A stretch of DNA of 64,000 nt from an uncultured Pseudomonadota bacterium (GCA_963836045.1 CAWIIC010000003.1:2854-66853); one strand, 5' to 3'; positions 27,224 to 38,063 are shown, numbered from the stretch's first letter. Numbers and translations: made by a program. Notes: a model not told the origin generated them from the letters alone.

Positions 27224-27847
27224 AATGTCGCGATGTCGGCCGCTGACGCGCTGCCTGCCGATCTGAAGCGGCGTCAAGAGCGCGCAATCGCACGTATCTG
27301 CGAGTTTGGCCGCTCACGACCTCGTTGCCTAGCCGAGGAAGGTGTTCTTTATCTTGCAATCGAGGATGCTTCCCGGCATCCTACTAGGAACTCGTCAGCC
27401 GAGAGATTGAAGCACTTCCGCAAACCGCGCACGGCGGTCAATGGGACGCTATGAACCACATGTTGTTCCGGGACACGGATCGGCTATCACGTCGTGAAAC
27501 AGGAAAGCCTGGCTAGTGGACCAAGTGGCAGCAGCTTGGGCAGCATCGGATGCACCGGAAACGTCAGCTGTATGAGCGGAGGCGGCGTGCAGCTAACATT
27601 CACCAAACGACTAGCCAGCCAGCGCTCGCGCCTCCAGCTTGGGCCTTCCAGATGTATCCGTCAGGCCATGCGCTCCTGCGATGACATTGCCGTGGGGACA
27701 GTGACTATGATGGCGCTGCCGACTGCTGGGACGCGGTCGGCCTCACGTCGGATTGCTTCTTCCACCGCAAACGAAAGCCAGTTATAGAGCCTATGGCCGT
27801 GCGGGGGAATGAAGGACCTCATCCGGCATCCGGGAAGAGATGAATGG

Positions 27848-30800
27848 CTAAGCGGCAGGTTTGCTCGTACGTGTCCAGGTGCCGGACACAAGTTGGGCTC
27901 GCTGCCCACAGAATTTATCACTCACCGTAGTGATGCTCAGAAGGCGACCGATGACCGTCCAATGGTAAGAGCCGGTGGGCGTGAGATCGGTTTGCTGTCC
28001 CTTGCAGAAGGGCATTGTCGTTCGTCCGGGAGGTCCGCCAAAGATGGTAAGCCCGCCGCTGTTGGTCGCAGTATAGTGTTCGGAAGCGCCGAGAATCAGT
28101 CGGTCGCGAGTGACTCTCAGCTCAAGATGCGTGGGTGAAACGAAGACATCCGCGCTGAAGGGAAGTCCGAGCTCGTAGCCCGCGCCAACTTCATAGTCTT
28201 CGGCTTTATAGTTCGCGGGGAGAGTCTTCCGTCGGTAGACGCCCACCAGATCGGCAGTCTTTGACGGGCCTGTAGCTCCCAGCCTCGCCTGTTTGCCGGG
28301 AAGGACAAACGCGGCGGCGTGCTCGGCGACGTTCAGGGCGTCAGTGGAGGCGGAGTTACCCATCACGATGACGGTGAGCCCCGCGCGAGGGAACCGCAGG
28401 TTGGCCGTCTGATAGTCGTACAGGTTGCCGGAGGTGTACACGACGCGGGATCCAAAGAGGTAGCCATTCTTCCAGCCGTCTGTCCATTCGACATGGCTGA
28501 TTCCTGGGTCGGAGGGAGCAGTTATCCCACGAGGAGCGACTGCCATTCTCGTCTGGGCCGGCGGCATGTACGTGCCGCTGAACAGCAGGTTATCGTACCT
28601 ATATAGGTCGTGAGGAGTAGAGTAGGCAGCGAAGTAGTCGTTGTATACCTGGCCGACATGCGCTCCGGAGGAATTGTAGTCCAAGGCCAGACGGCTGGAA
28701 CTGATGCCGTCGAACATCTGGTGGGCCAACTGCGGGACCTTGGCCACCAAATCTTGGTGGTTTCGCAGCCGGTTCCATGTGCCGTTGCCGTTGGGAATGA
28801 GGCCCGTCGGCATCCAAACGCCGGTGGGGTCTGACTGGGACACCACGCCAGGGTTGAGAATGGCCATGATCAGATTCGCGCAGGTCGTGTAGTGAACGCT
28901 TACGGAATGGTGAGGTTCGAGCGGAAGGGACTCGCATTTCGCCTCTGCCTGGACAATGTTGTTCCCGCGCGTGCCCCACCGATAGTTGGGAAGGCTCGAG
29001 GTGCCCTCAACAAGCTGCGCCGTCGTGATCTTGTGCCACTTGGCTGGACATCTCCCGACAAGGATGGCGTGGCACAGAATCGGTGCGTTCACGTTGGAGA
29101 TCCAGTCATATACCTTCTGACGCTGTGACACCTGCAGGGTGTCGGCAGTGATCAGGGCTGTCGTCGTGGCGTCGGCCAGCCCATACTCGGTGTTGGGTCG
29201 GTTGGGAATGTGAGCCGCTCGATTAGCCATGCCGTAGCCCTGGTCGAGAATCACCTTCCCCTTCTTGGCTACCAGCACCGTGCCACTCAACTGCCCCTGC
29301 GCGGCGGCACCGGACAGGTATGAAGACAGCGTAGCCGCGCTGGCATGGCCCGGTATCGACGAATACCCTAGCAACGAACCGAGCAGGACGGCAACGAGGG
29401 CAACGACCACGGCGGCCGTGAACCAGGGCTTCCGGATGAGCCGGGAGGGTCTGGACGCCGGCTGGGTTCCCAGCTCCTCGATGCTCCGCTTCATCTCCTT
29501 CATCGACTGGAAGCGACGACGGGGATCCTTATTCAGGGACTTCAGGATCACGGTGTCCCAATCTCCGGGAAGCTCCTGGCGGACGGAGCTGGGCGGCGCG
29601 GGCTCATCGTGCATCTGCTGGACCGCTATGGCCAGCGCGTCGTCGCCGTCGAACGGTGGACGGCCCGTCACCATGTGATACAGGACCGCACCGAACCCGT
29701 ACACGTCTGACCGAGCATCGACGTGCTTGCCTCTGACCTGTTCCGGGGACATGTACAGCGGCGTCCCCACTCGCATACCGGTCGTGGCGATGGTGCCCAT
29801 CATGGTGTCCACCGACAGAATGCGGGCGATGCCGAAGTCCGTCACCTTGACCCGATCTTCATCCAGGATCATGATGTTGTCGGGCTTCACGTCCCGGTGG
29901 ACGATCGACTGACCGTGGGCGTAAGCGAGTGCGTCGGCCGTCTGACCGGCGATCGATTTCGCCCGATCGAGGTCGAGCGGACTGTCATCGAGCTCTCTGG
30001 CGAGCGACCGGCCCTCCAGCAGCTCCATCACGATGCACGCGACGTGCTCCTCGGCGAAGCTGTCGTAGATGCGGACGATATTCGGATGGTCGAGTGAACG
30101 GAGGATCGCGCCCTCTTGTTGAAACCGGAGCAGGTCATCGAGGTCGATGCCGGCGCGAGCCAGCACCAGCTTGGCGGCCACCATCCTCTCCGTCTGTCGG
30201 TCGTACGCACGGAAGACGCGACCCATCGACCCGGCTCCGATCTCACCCTCGAGATCGAGGCGTCCACCCAGCGACCGGATGAGCTCATCTATCAATCGTG
30301 GACTGCCCTTGGTCCGTCGATAGACGAAGCCGGCAAACTCTTCGGACACCTCCCTCTGGCCCATCAGCTCGGCGACCAGGGCGGACGTCTCCTCCAATGA
30401 CAGCGGCCGCAGCGTTATGTACTGGGCCAACCGGTCTCGAGAGAGACGCTGGAGGGTGGCGGCCAGCGTCGGGTTGGTGTCGGCTAGACCAACATCGGAG
30501 AAGGCGCCGGCGAGAAGGGTCCGCGAGGCGCCGGTCGAGCGCGCGAGTGCCAGGAGAACACTCAAGGTCTGTGGATCGGCCCATTGAAGGTCGTCCAGGA
30601 CCAGCGCCACGGGAACCGATTGGGCGGTTCGAGCCAGGCTGTTGGCGAGAGCTGTGGCCACTTGCAGGTCGGTGCCGGTTCCGGCGGCAAGCTCGCTGAT
30701 TGCCTTCCATCCCTTCTCCGTGTCCAGGTCGGCAGCCAGCGAAATGCTGGAGCTTGACGGTGCGATCGCTTCGAGTATCGGGTGGTACAGACGGTTGAGG

Positions 30801-31289
30801 TCGTCGGGAGTGCATGTGCCCGTCAGGACGGCGAAGCCTCGATCGCCGGCATGGACGGTCAGCTCCTGGAGCAGTCTGGTCTTGCCGCATGCGGGTTCGC
30901 CGGCAACGAGCAGCAGGTGAACCCTTTCCTTCCGCTACCGAGTCGAGGATCGAGCCTATTCGTGCTACCTCAGGGTCGCGGCCGATGAGATTGGTCTCGG
31001 GAAGCGACCCCAGAAAGCGGCCACGGAGTTGGGAAGCGGACGAGTCGGTGGAATCGGCGCCGGTGAGCGCCGCACGGTGGAGGGCAGCACGATCGGCGTC
31101 CCCGAGGTCAAGGGCATCGACCAGCCGGCGGACGGTGAAGGCTCGGGGTGTGGTGTTTGCGCCTCGCTCGAGATCGCTGATGACGCGAACGCTGAGCTCA
31201 GCCCGCTCTGCCAGCTCCTCCTGGGTAAGCGCCGCCTCGGACCTGTAACGATGGAGGAGTGAGCCGAGGGTTGACGGGGTCGTTGTCAT
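27848..31289 (-). pseudogene. Giant signalling protein, copy A: XRE-HTH, STAND/AAA_16 ATPase, Hanks Ser/Thr kinase, TM helix, degenerate beta-lactamase-fold ectodomain; one 1-nt insertion from intact (~1146 aa)
   Basis: ORF 30285-31289 carries the HTH (LTQEELAERAELSVRVISDLERG). ORF 27848-30661 carries LVLDDLQWADPQT, the kinase motifs GAGSMGRV, VAAK, HRDVKPDN, DFG and SPE, the TM helix WFTAAVVVALVAVLLGSLLGY, and the beta-lactamase-like GTVLVAKKGKVILDQGYGMANR. One extra A at 30920/30921 (GGTGAACCC, against GGTGACCC at ~34400 in copy B) separates the two ORFs. Removing it restores GHLLLVAGEPACGKTRLL (Walker A). Confidence 0.85.
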
Positions 31290-31298
31290 GTCGTTCGC

Positions 31299-34200
31299 TC
31301 AGCCGGATTCTGACACTCGGGTCCACGATCCCGGCATCAGTTCAGCCCTGGCGTAGCAGCCGATGAAGCCCGGTCCCCAGTCAGTGACCTTATTGATGAA
31401 AAGATGCTTGCCTAGAAGAGACCAGTGGTAGTAGCCGGGAGACATGAGACCGGTCAGAGCTGGAGCGCACCCATGAAAGTCTTGTCCACCGGGCCGTGGA
31501 CCAAAGAGGGTTAAGGCGCCGCTATCTGCCGCCGTATAGGGCTGTTTCGCTCCAAGGATAACGTACTGCCTGTTGATCCGCAGTTCCAGGGTAGAATCCC
31601 CGTAGGTGCCTGTCCCGTTAGGAATCGAGGGTGGGAATCCTAGGACCGTAGCCGGCGAACTCGTCTGTTGATTCATAACCGAGATGTCAGCAGGTCGTTC
31701 CGTCCGAACGTACGTCCCGGGAAGATCGGCAACGGTGGGCGCTCCTGTTGCAGTCGTGCGAGCCCGCCGACCCGGCAGCATAAACGCCGCCACGTGCTCG
31801 GCTACATTCAAAGCGTTGGTCGAGGCCGTATTCGCCATGACGATTACTGCAGAGTTGAATTTCGGAAACCAGAGGTTGGCCGTCCCGTAGTCGTTTAGGC
31901 TGCCGGCAGTATACGTGATTCCTTGTCCGAACAAACGTCCCACCTTCCAGCCGTCAGCCCATTGGACGTTGTCAATTCCAGGATCTTTAGGCGCCGCCAT
32001 GTCGCGCGCCGTAACCAATCGGCGTGTGTTCGCAGGTGACATCAGGTTTCCAGAGAAGGGGAGACGGTCGTACTCATACAGATCTCTGGCGGACGTGTAT
32101 GCAGCGTAGTAATCGTTGTAAGAAGCGACGTGGTGTATGCCCGCGGCCGAGTAGTCGATGGCCAGGCGAGGATTCCCCGGCCCGTCGAAGAGCTGGCGAG
32201 CCAGGAATCGTGAGTGGTGACCGTCGAACGAGATCGTTCCTCGACCGCCCGGGAGGATACCAGTGGGCAGCCATTCCTCGTCGGTAGAGCGCAGGTTGTG
32301 TATAGTGGGAGCCACGAATCCGAGCAGAATGTCGTTGCAACTCGAATAGTCCACGCGATGCGAGTTTCTTCTTTTCATCGGCAAGAGATAACAATGGCCC
32401 TGAGCCGCAACCATGTTACCGCTGCTTTGACCCCTATGGTAGTCCGGCAGACCCGACGTCCCCTCGACCAGGTTTGCGATGGTGAGGCCCCGCCACTTGC
32501 GAGGACATCCGGGGCCGTAGAAGCGGTGATATGCTCGGTTACAGATGCTATAGCTGAGTCGCGTAATCAGGCCTGAAGCATTCGCAGGATGGATTCCCCA
32601 CTCGGCTTGTGTTCCCTGGAGCGCGTCCGCTACCAAGAGGGCGTTGGTGGTGGAGTCGGAGAGACCGTATTCCGTGTTCGCGCGGTTGGGGACGTGACCT
32701 GCTCGATTGGCATAGCCATACCCTCGGTCCAGGATCGTCTTCCCTTGTGTTGCTACCAGTACAGTACCGCTCAGCTGATCTTTGGCGGCCGCTCCGGCGA
32801 GATATGTGGCCAAGGTTGCTCCACGAGCCTGCCCCGCTGCTGCCGAGTAGCCAAGCATCGTGCTGATTAGGGCAAAGATGAGAAGACCTACTCCCGCCAT
32901 GGCGAACCAGCGGTTTCTGACGAGGGAGTGGGAGGTGTCGCTAAGCTGCGTTCTCAGTCCATCGATCTCGCGCTTCATCTCCTTCATCGATTGGAAGCGG
33001 CGACGCGGATCCTTGTTCAGTGACTTCAGAATCAGACGCATCCCAGTCCGCAGGAAGCCCGGTCGCACAGAACTTGGTCGCTCCGGCTGCTCGTGCATCT
33101 GCTGGACGGCTATGGCCAGCGCGTCGTCACCTTCGAACGGTGGACTGCCCGTCACCATGTGGTACAGCACCGCGCCGAAGCCGTACACGTCGGACCGAGC
33201 ATCGATGTGCTTGCCTTTGACCTGTTCGGGGGACATGTAGAGCGGGGTTCCTACTCGCATACCGGTCGTGGCGATGGTGCCCATCATCGTGTCCACCGAC
33301 AGAATGCGGGCGATGCCGAAGTCCGTCACCTTGACCCGGTCTTCATCCAGGATCATGATGTTGTCGGGCTTCACGTCCCGGTGGACGATCGACATGGACC
33401 GTGGGCGTAAGCGAGTGCGCCTCGGCCGTCTGGCCGGCGATCGACTTGGCGCGGTCAGGTCCAGCGGACCGTCGTCGAGCTCTCTGGCGAGCGACCGGCC
33501 CTCCAGCAGCTCCATCACGATGCAGGCGACGTGCTCCTCGGCGAAGCTGTCGTAGATGCGGACGATATTCGGATGGTCGAGTGAACGGAGGATCGCGCCC
33601 TCTTGCTGGAAACCGGAGCAGGTCATCGAGATCGATGCCGGCGCGAGCCAGCACCAGCTTGGCGGCCACCATCCTCTCCGTCTGTCGGTCGTACGCACGG
33701 AAGACGCGACCCATCGACCCGGCTCCGATCTCACCCTCGAGATCGAGCCGTCCACCCAGCGACCGGATGAGCTCATCTATCAATCGCGGACTGCCCTTGG
33801 TCCGTCGATAGACGAAGCCGGCAAACTCTTCGGACACCTCCCTCTGGCCCATCAACTCGGCAACCAGCGCGGACGTCTCCTCCAATGACAGCGGACGCAG
33901 CGTTATGTACTGAGCTAACCGGTCTCGAGAGAGACGCTGGAGGGTGGCGGCCAGCGCCGGGTTGGTGTCGGCTAGACCAACATCGGAGAAGGCGCCGGCG
34001 AGAAGGGTCCGCGAGGCGCCCGTCGAGCGAGCGAGCGCCAGGAGAACACTCAAGGTCTGCGGATCGGCCCATTGAAGATCGTCCAGGACAAGGGCCACCG
34101 GAACCGACTGTGCGGTTCGAGTCAGGCTGTTGGCGAGAGCCGTGGCGACCTGTAGGTCGGTGCCGGTTCCGGCGGCAAGATCGCTGATTGCCTTCCATCC

Positions 34201-34776
34201 CTTCTCCGTGTCCAGATCGGCAGCGACCGACACGCTGGAGCTAGGTGCGAAGGCTTCGAGCAGCGGGTGGTACAGCCGGTTGAGGTCGTCCGGCGTACAC
34301 GTGCCCGTCAGGATGGCGAAGCCTCGATCTCCGGCATGGACGGTCAGCTCCTGGAGGAGCCTGGTCTTGCCGGAGGCGGGTTCGCCTGCCACGAGCAGCA
34401 GGTGACCCTTTCCTTCCGCCACCGAGTCGAGGATCGAGCCTATTCGTGCTACCTCAGGGTCGCGGCCGATGAGATTGGTCTCGGGGAGGGAGCCCAGGAA
34501 GCGGCCACGGAGTTGGGAAGCGGACGAGTCGGTGGAATCGGCGCCGGCGAGCGCCGCACGGTGGAGAGTAGCTCGATCGGCGTCCCCGAGGTCAAGGGCA
34601 TCGACCAGCCGGCGGATGGTGAAGGCTCGGGGCGTGGTGTTCGCGCCTCGCTCGAGATCGCTGATGACGCGAACGCTAAGCTCAGCCCGCTCTGCCAGCT
34701 CCTCCTGGGTAAGCGCTGCCTCCGACCTATATCGACGGAGGAGTGAGCCAAGGGTTGACGGGGGCGTCGTTGCCAT
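31299..34776 (-). pseudogene. Giant signalling protein, copy B (tandem paralog), multiple frame breaks inside the kinase domain
   Basis: ORF 33343-34863 holds the HTH and an intact ATPase (GEPASGKTRLL). ORF 31299-33776 holds the kinase, TM helix and ectodomain. Relative to copy A there is +1 at 33602-33614 (CTTGCTGGAAACC vs CTTGTTGAAACC), +2 at 33391-33400 (GACATGGACC vs GACTGACC), +2 at 33417-33425 (GCGCCTCGG vs GCGTCGG) and -1 at ~33447-33468. The stop lies 9 nt before the copy A start. Confidence 0.85.
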
Positions 34777-34831
34777 TGGTGCTCGGGGAGCTTTGCTAGC
34801 CGGCTGGGGCGCACAGTGCCGGATAGTTCGA

Positions 34832-34860
34832 ATTATATAACAGGTGACAATCGCAGACAA
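34832..34860 (-). promoter_or_regulatory. Candidate sigma70-type promoter for the tandem kinase genes
   Basis: On the minus strand: TTGTCT (34860-34855), a 17-nt spacer, then TATAAT (34837-34832), about 55 nt upstream of the copy B ATG at 34776. Pattern match only. Confidence 0.3.
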
Positions 34861-35566
34861 CACGGGTGAGACCGAGCGTTCGACGGTTCAAAGACTCATT
34901 CGAGGTCGCTGGGTGGCTCACGGTCAAGGGTGTGTCCACGGAGCGCAGAGCCCCAACGTTGCCTACTTCCAGTAACTCGTTGTCATGCCTTCGTGACGGG
35001 ACACTCATGGCGGTCAGGTACTGGGCAACGAAGGGGTGGCAGTTCAGGTTGGCGGTGATGTGCGCCTCGGACACATACCTTCTGCGCCGCGCAAGCCAAG
35101 CTGCTTTTGCTTTGAGGAATGAGAGCACCGGGCCCGCGGACGGCTAAAGCCATCGTAAAACTGGGATCGGTGAGCTTCCTCCCGAGCGTGGGTAATGCTA
35201 CGTGCTAGTAAAATGCCGGTCAAATGATGGCTGGAGTTATGGGCAAATTGGCCGCCCAGTCTCAAACTTGACCTCAGTGGGCCAGCCGGCAACCCATGAA
35301 TCGCAGAGCGCACGCAGCAACTGAACCGCTAGACGAAGCGCCACGGCTCGCGTAGCTGTGGTCGCTTCAGGAAGCGAACCGTCGACTTCCCGAGCTCCCG
35401 GACCGACGCGTTAGACACCATTCGTCGGACGACCGTTCAAAACGGCTGCGACCAGCATGCCACGAGAACGTTTCTCCGGTAGATCGGGTTCTGGTTCTCG
35501 AAGCTTCACGCTTAACCCCCGATGCCCCGGATTCCCAACTCTCGTAACAACAAGGAGTAGCACGCC

Positions 35567-36766
35567 ATGTACGCTAACCACGACCTCGCGACCGCTTCGA
35601 CCGAGCGAACCCTCCGAACGACGAATCTGCCTATCCCAACATTGAACCTGCGGATAAAGCCGGTAGTGCTCGTACTAGCGTTGTTGTCCATTCTCTTGCC
35701 ATGGTCTCCCAGCTTGGCTCACGCCGGCTCCGCGACGAAGTACCGGGTGGTCGCCATTGCACCTACGAGTGCCGCTTCCTTCTCAACTGCCATTAACTCG
35801 GCCGGAGAGGTCATAGGTCAGATGGGCGGAACAAATCCCGTTCCATTCGTCTATCGGGCCGGCAAGCTCGTCCGCTTGATCGCTCCGCGCGGTCTTTCTG
35901 ACGTCCAGGCTTTGGCGCTCAACGACGCGGGTACGATAGCCGTGCAAGCGCAGGGCCCTAGCGGTCGCTCGCTCGCGTTCGCCGTAAGGCCGAACCGTGG
36001 CCGCTTCGTCTGGAGCCGGCTTGCGCTTGCAGGTTTTGATGGCGCCGACGTCTCGGTATCGGGCGTGGCCAGCAACGGTGACATCGACGGCACCGTGACG
36101 TTAGTCTCTCCCGGCGGCACGGTTGACATGCGCTCGGTCATCTGGCGAGTGACTCCTGGGTACGGGTACCGTCCGGCTCAGGTCCTGCCGGTAAGTGCGG
36201 GGTTCACGTCGACACTTGCAGGAGGCATCTGGCGGAGGCGCGGCGAGACATACGTCGCCGGTGCCGAGGCAACGCCGTCGACGCACGTTCAGGACGCGTC
36301 TCTCTGGAGTCCGGAGCCTGCGCTTGAGGCAGTGCCGGGCGAGCAACTTTTCACGAGCGCGATCGGCGGCACGGGAGATGAGGTATACGCTGTGGGAACG
36401 ATGCGAAGCTCGACATTCCAAGCGTGGGCCGCAAAGCTGGCGTTCGGACCGGGAGGCAGGGCCGGGTTGGACAGGATGCAGGCGCTACCGCCGGTCGCCG
36501 GTTACGACGAATCCGTCGCTGTAGGCGTTTCCGTCGATGCTGCCGGACTGCCGGTTACCGTCGGGGATGTATTGTCCACTCTCAACTCCAGGACCAGCGC
36601 GGTTGTTTGGACGGGTGACCGTTCGGCCTCTCTCTTGCAGTCTGACGTGGGCGTCACGCCCTGGACTATCACCGAGGCCGGCGGCATTAACGCCAAGGGT
36701 GAGATCGCGGCGGCCGGAACGTATAAGGGAAGTCTCGGCGCGCTCATTCTGGTGCCTAAGGGATAA
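35567..36766 (+). CDS. Secreted repeat protein (HAF-family-like extracellular repeats)
   Basis: Signal-like VVLVLALLSILLPWSPSLAHA. Recurrent units AINSAGEVIGQ, ALNDAGTIAVQ, GVASNGDIDGT and GGINAKGEIAAAG. Paralogous in style to 58779-60053. Confidence 0.45.
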   Translation: MYANHDLATASTERTLRTTNLPIPTLNLRIKPVVLVLALLSILLPWSPSLAHAGSATKYRVVAIAPTSAASFSTAINSAGEVIGQMGGTNPVPFVYRAGKLVRLIAPRGLSDVQALALNDAGTIAVQAQGPSGRSLAFAVRPNRGRFVWSRLALAGFDGADVSVSGVASNGDIDGTVTLVSPGGTVDMRSVIWRVTPGYGYRPAQVLPVSAGFTSTLAGGIWRRRGETYVAGAEATPSTHVQDASLWSPEPALEAVPGEQLFTSAIGGTGDEVYAVGTMRSSTFQAWAAKLAFGPGGRAGLDRMQALPPVAGYDESVAVGVSVDAAGLPVTVGDVLSTLNSRTSAVVWTGDRSASLLQSDVGVTPWTITEAGGINAKGEIAAAGTYKGSLGALILVPKG

Positions 36767-36935
36767 GGGGGCGACACGCCATGCGCACCCGTTTTCAATT
36801 GTGGGTGGAAGCTCCTCATGCCAACCATCATGAACATGGAGGCTGACATATTGTGGGCGCAGCGTCACCACGTAGCAACATTTAGCAGCTCAGACGGCTA
36901 TGAACGAACGCCTGTCAGTAGTTCTCGTCTCTGTT

Positions 36936-38063
36936 CTATTCGGCTTCGGTTGCTGCGGGTGCCGTCGCGTCCGCCTCGACCTTCACACTCATGAGTCTGG
37001 CAAGAAGCTGGGTTTCGGCGCTTGCTCGGACGAGCGCTCGGATCGCCAGAGTCAATGGCACGGCCAGCAGCGAACCCCACCAGCCAAAGACCCAGGACCA
37101 AAAGATCAGCGCTATGAAGGTCACGCTCATGGGGAGTCCCAGTCGGGTCTTATTGAAGCGGGGCGTGACGACGTTGTCCATCAGCGCGTTCAAACCTATC
37201 GTCAGTGCCAGAATGACTATCGCCGTCTGCCAACCGTACTCGATGAAGGCCAACAGAATCGCGGGAAGCACGGCGAGAATGAGACCTATATTTGGGATAT
37301 ACCCGAGGACAAAGGCGAGGAAACTCCACAATACGGCTAAATCAACATTAAATACAAGAAGTTCGGCGAGTATTGCGGCAGCGCTAAGGAAGTTGCTGAG
37401 GGTCTGAATTCGGTACTGCTGCTGCACTTCCTTGGCGACTCCGCTGAATCCTTCTATGAGTCTGGCACCCCTTGGCGAACCGCGTCGAAGTGCCTCCCCA
37501 TACGAAGAGGCGTCGATAAGTATCAGGATCAGGATGAACACGAAGAACACCGCTCCTACGATTCCTGATATCACGGGGCCTACTGAGTGCAATACGGCGT
37601 CCTTCAGTGCCGCGCCGATGGTGTCGAACAGTGGCTGCACGTGAAAGCCATGATCTATCAGCCACGACTTCAATGGCGCCAATCGTTCGGTCAAAAGCTG
37701 GGAGTAATGCGGCAGGTTGGCGCTGAGCTGATGAAGCGAGGTGATTACGATGGCCGCGAGCGCGGCGACGATTGCCACGATGGCGACCACCATGATGCTC
37801 AAGGCAACAAATGCGGGGGCGCCTTTGTTCTCCATCCACTGCAGCGTAGGCGTGAACAGAATACCCAGAACGATCGCAAACAGAATCGGAGAAAGGACTT
37901 CCGCTCCGTTCTTCAGGCCGGCGACGATAACCACCAGGCTTGCTCCTATAAGGAGGGCGCGAAACACTAGCGACGACTGCGAAGCCAGCGAATCGACAGC
38001 AATGCCTTCGCGAGAATACAGAGCTCTGCCCGGAGGTAGTTCGGGAGGGCTACGGTCGCTCAA
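36936..38063 (-). CDS. AI-2E family transporter (PerM/UPF0118)
   Basis: A multi-TM protein with the family's C-terminal signature GYIPNIGLILAVLPAILLAF...LNALMDNVVTPR...PMSVTFIALIFWSWVFGWWGSLLAVPLT. Confidence 0.8.
   Translation of the reverse strand: MSDRSPPELPPGRALYSREGIAVDSLASQSSLVFRALLIGASLVVIVAGLKNGAEVLSPILFAIVLGILFTPTLQWMENKGAPAFVALSIMVVAIVAIVAALAAIVITSLHQLSANLPHYSQLLTERLAPLKSWLIDHGFHVQPLFDTIGAALKDAVLHSVGPVISGIVGAVFFVFILILILIDASSYGEALRRGSPRGARLIEGFSGVAKEVQQQYRIQTLSNFLSAAAILAELLVFNVDLAVLWSFLAFVLGYIPNIGLILAVLPAILLAFIEYGWQTAIVILALTIGLNALMDNVVTPRFNKTRLGLPMSVTFIALIFWSWVFGWWGSLLAVPLTLAIRALVRASAETQLLARLMSVKVEADATAPAATEAE

Noticed and set aside
26793-27359. 188-aa minus-strand ORF
   Set aside because: It lies antisense to the esterase remnant and has an extreme Arg/Pro content. 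It is a shadow ORF.
30915-30925. Programmed frameshift splitting kinase copy A into an HTH protein plus a sensor kinase
   Set aside because: The paralog 3.45 kb away reads straight through the same site with one base fewer (GGTGACCC vs GGTGAACCC). There is no slippery heptamer or downstream structure. The simplest reading is a 1-nt insertion, either a mutation or an assembly error.
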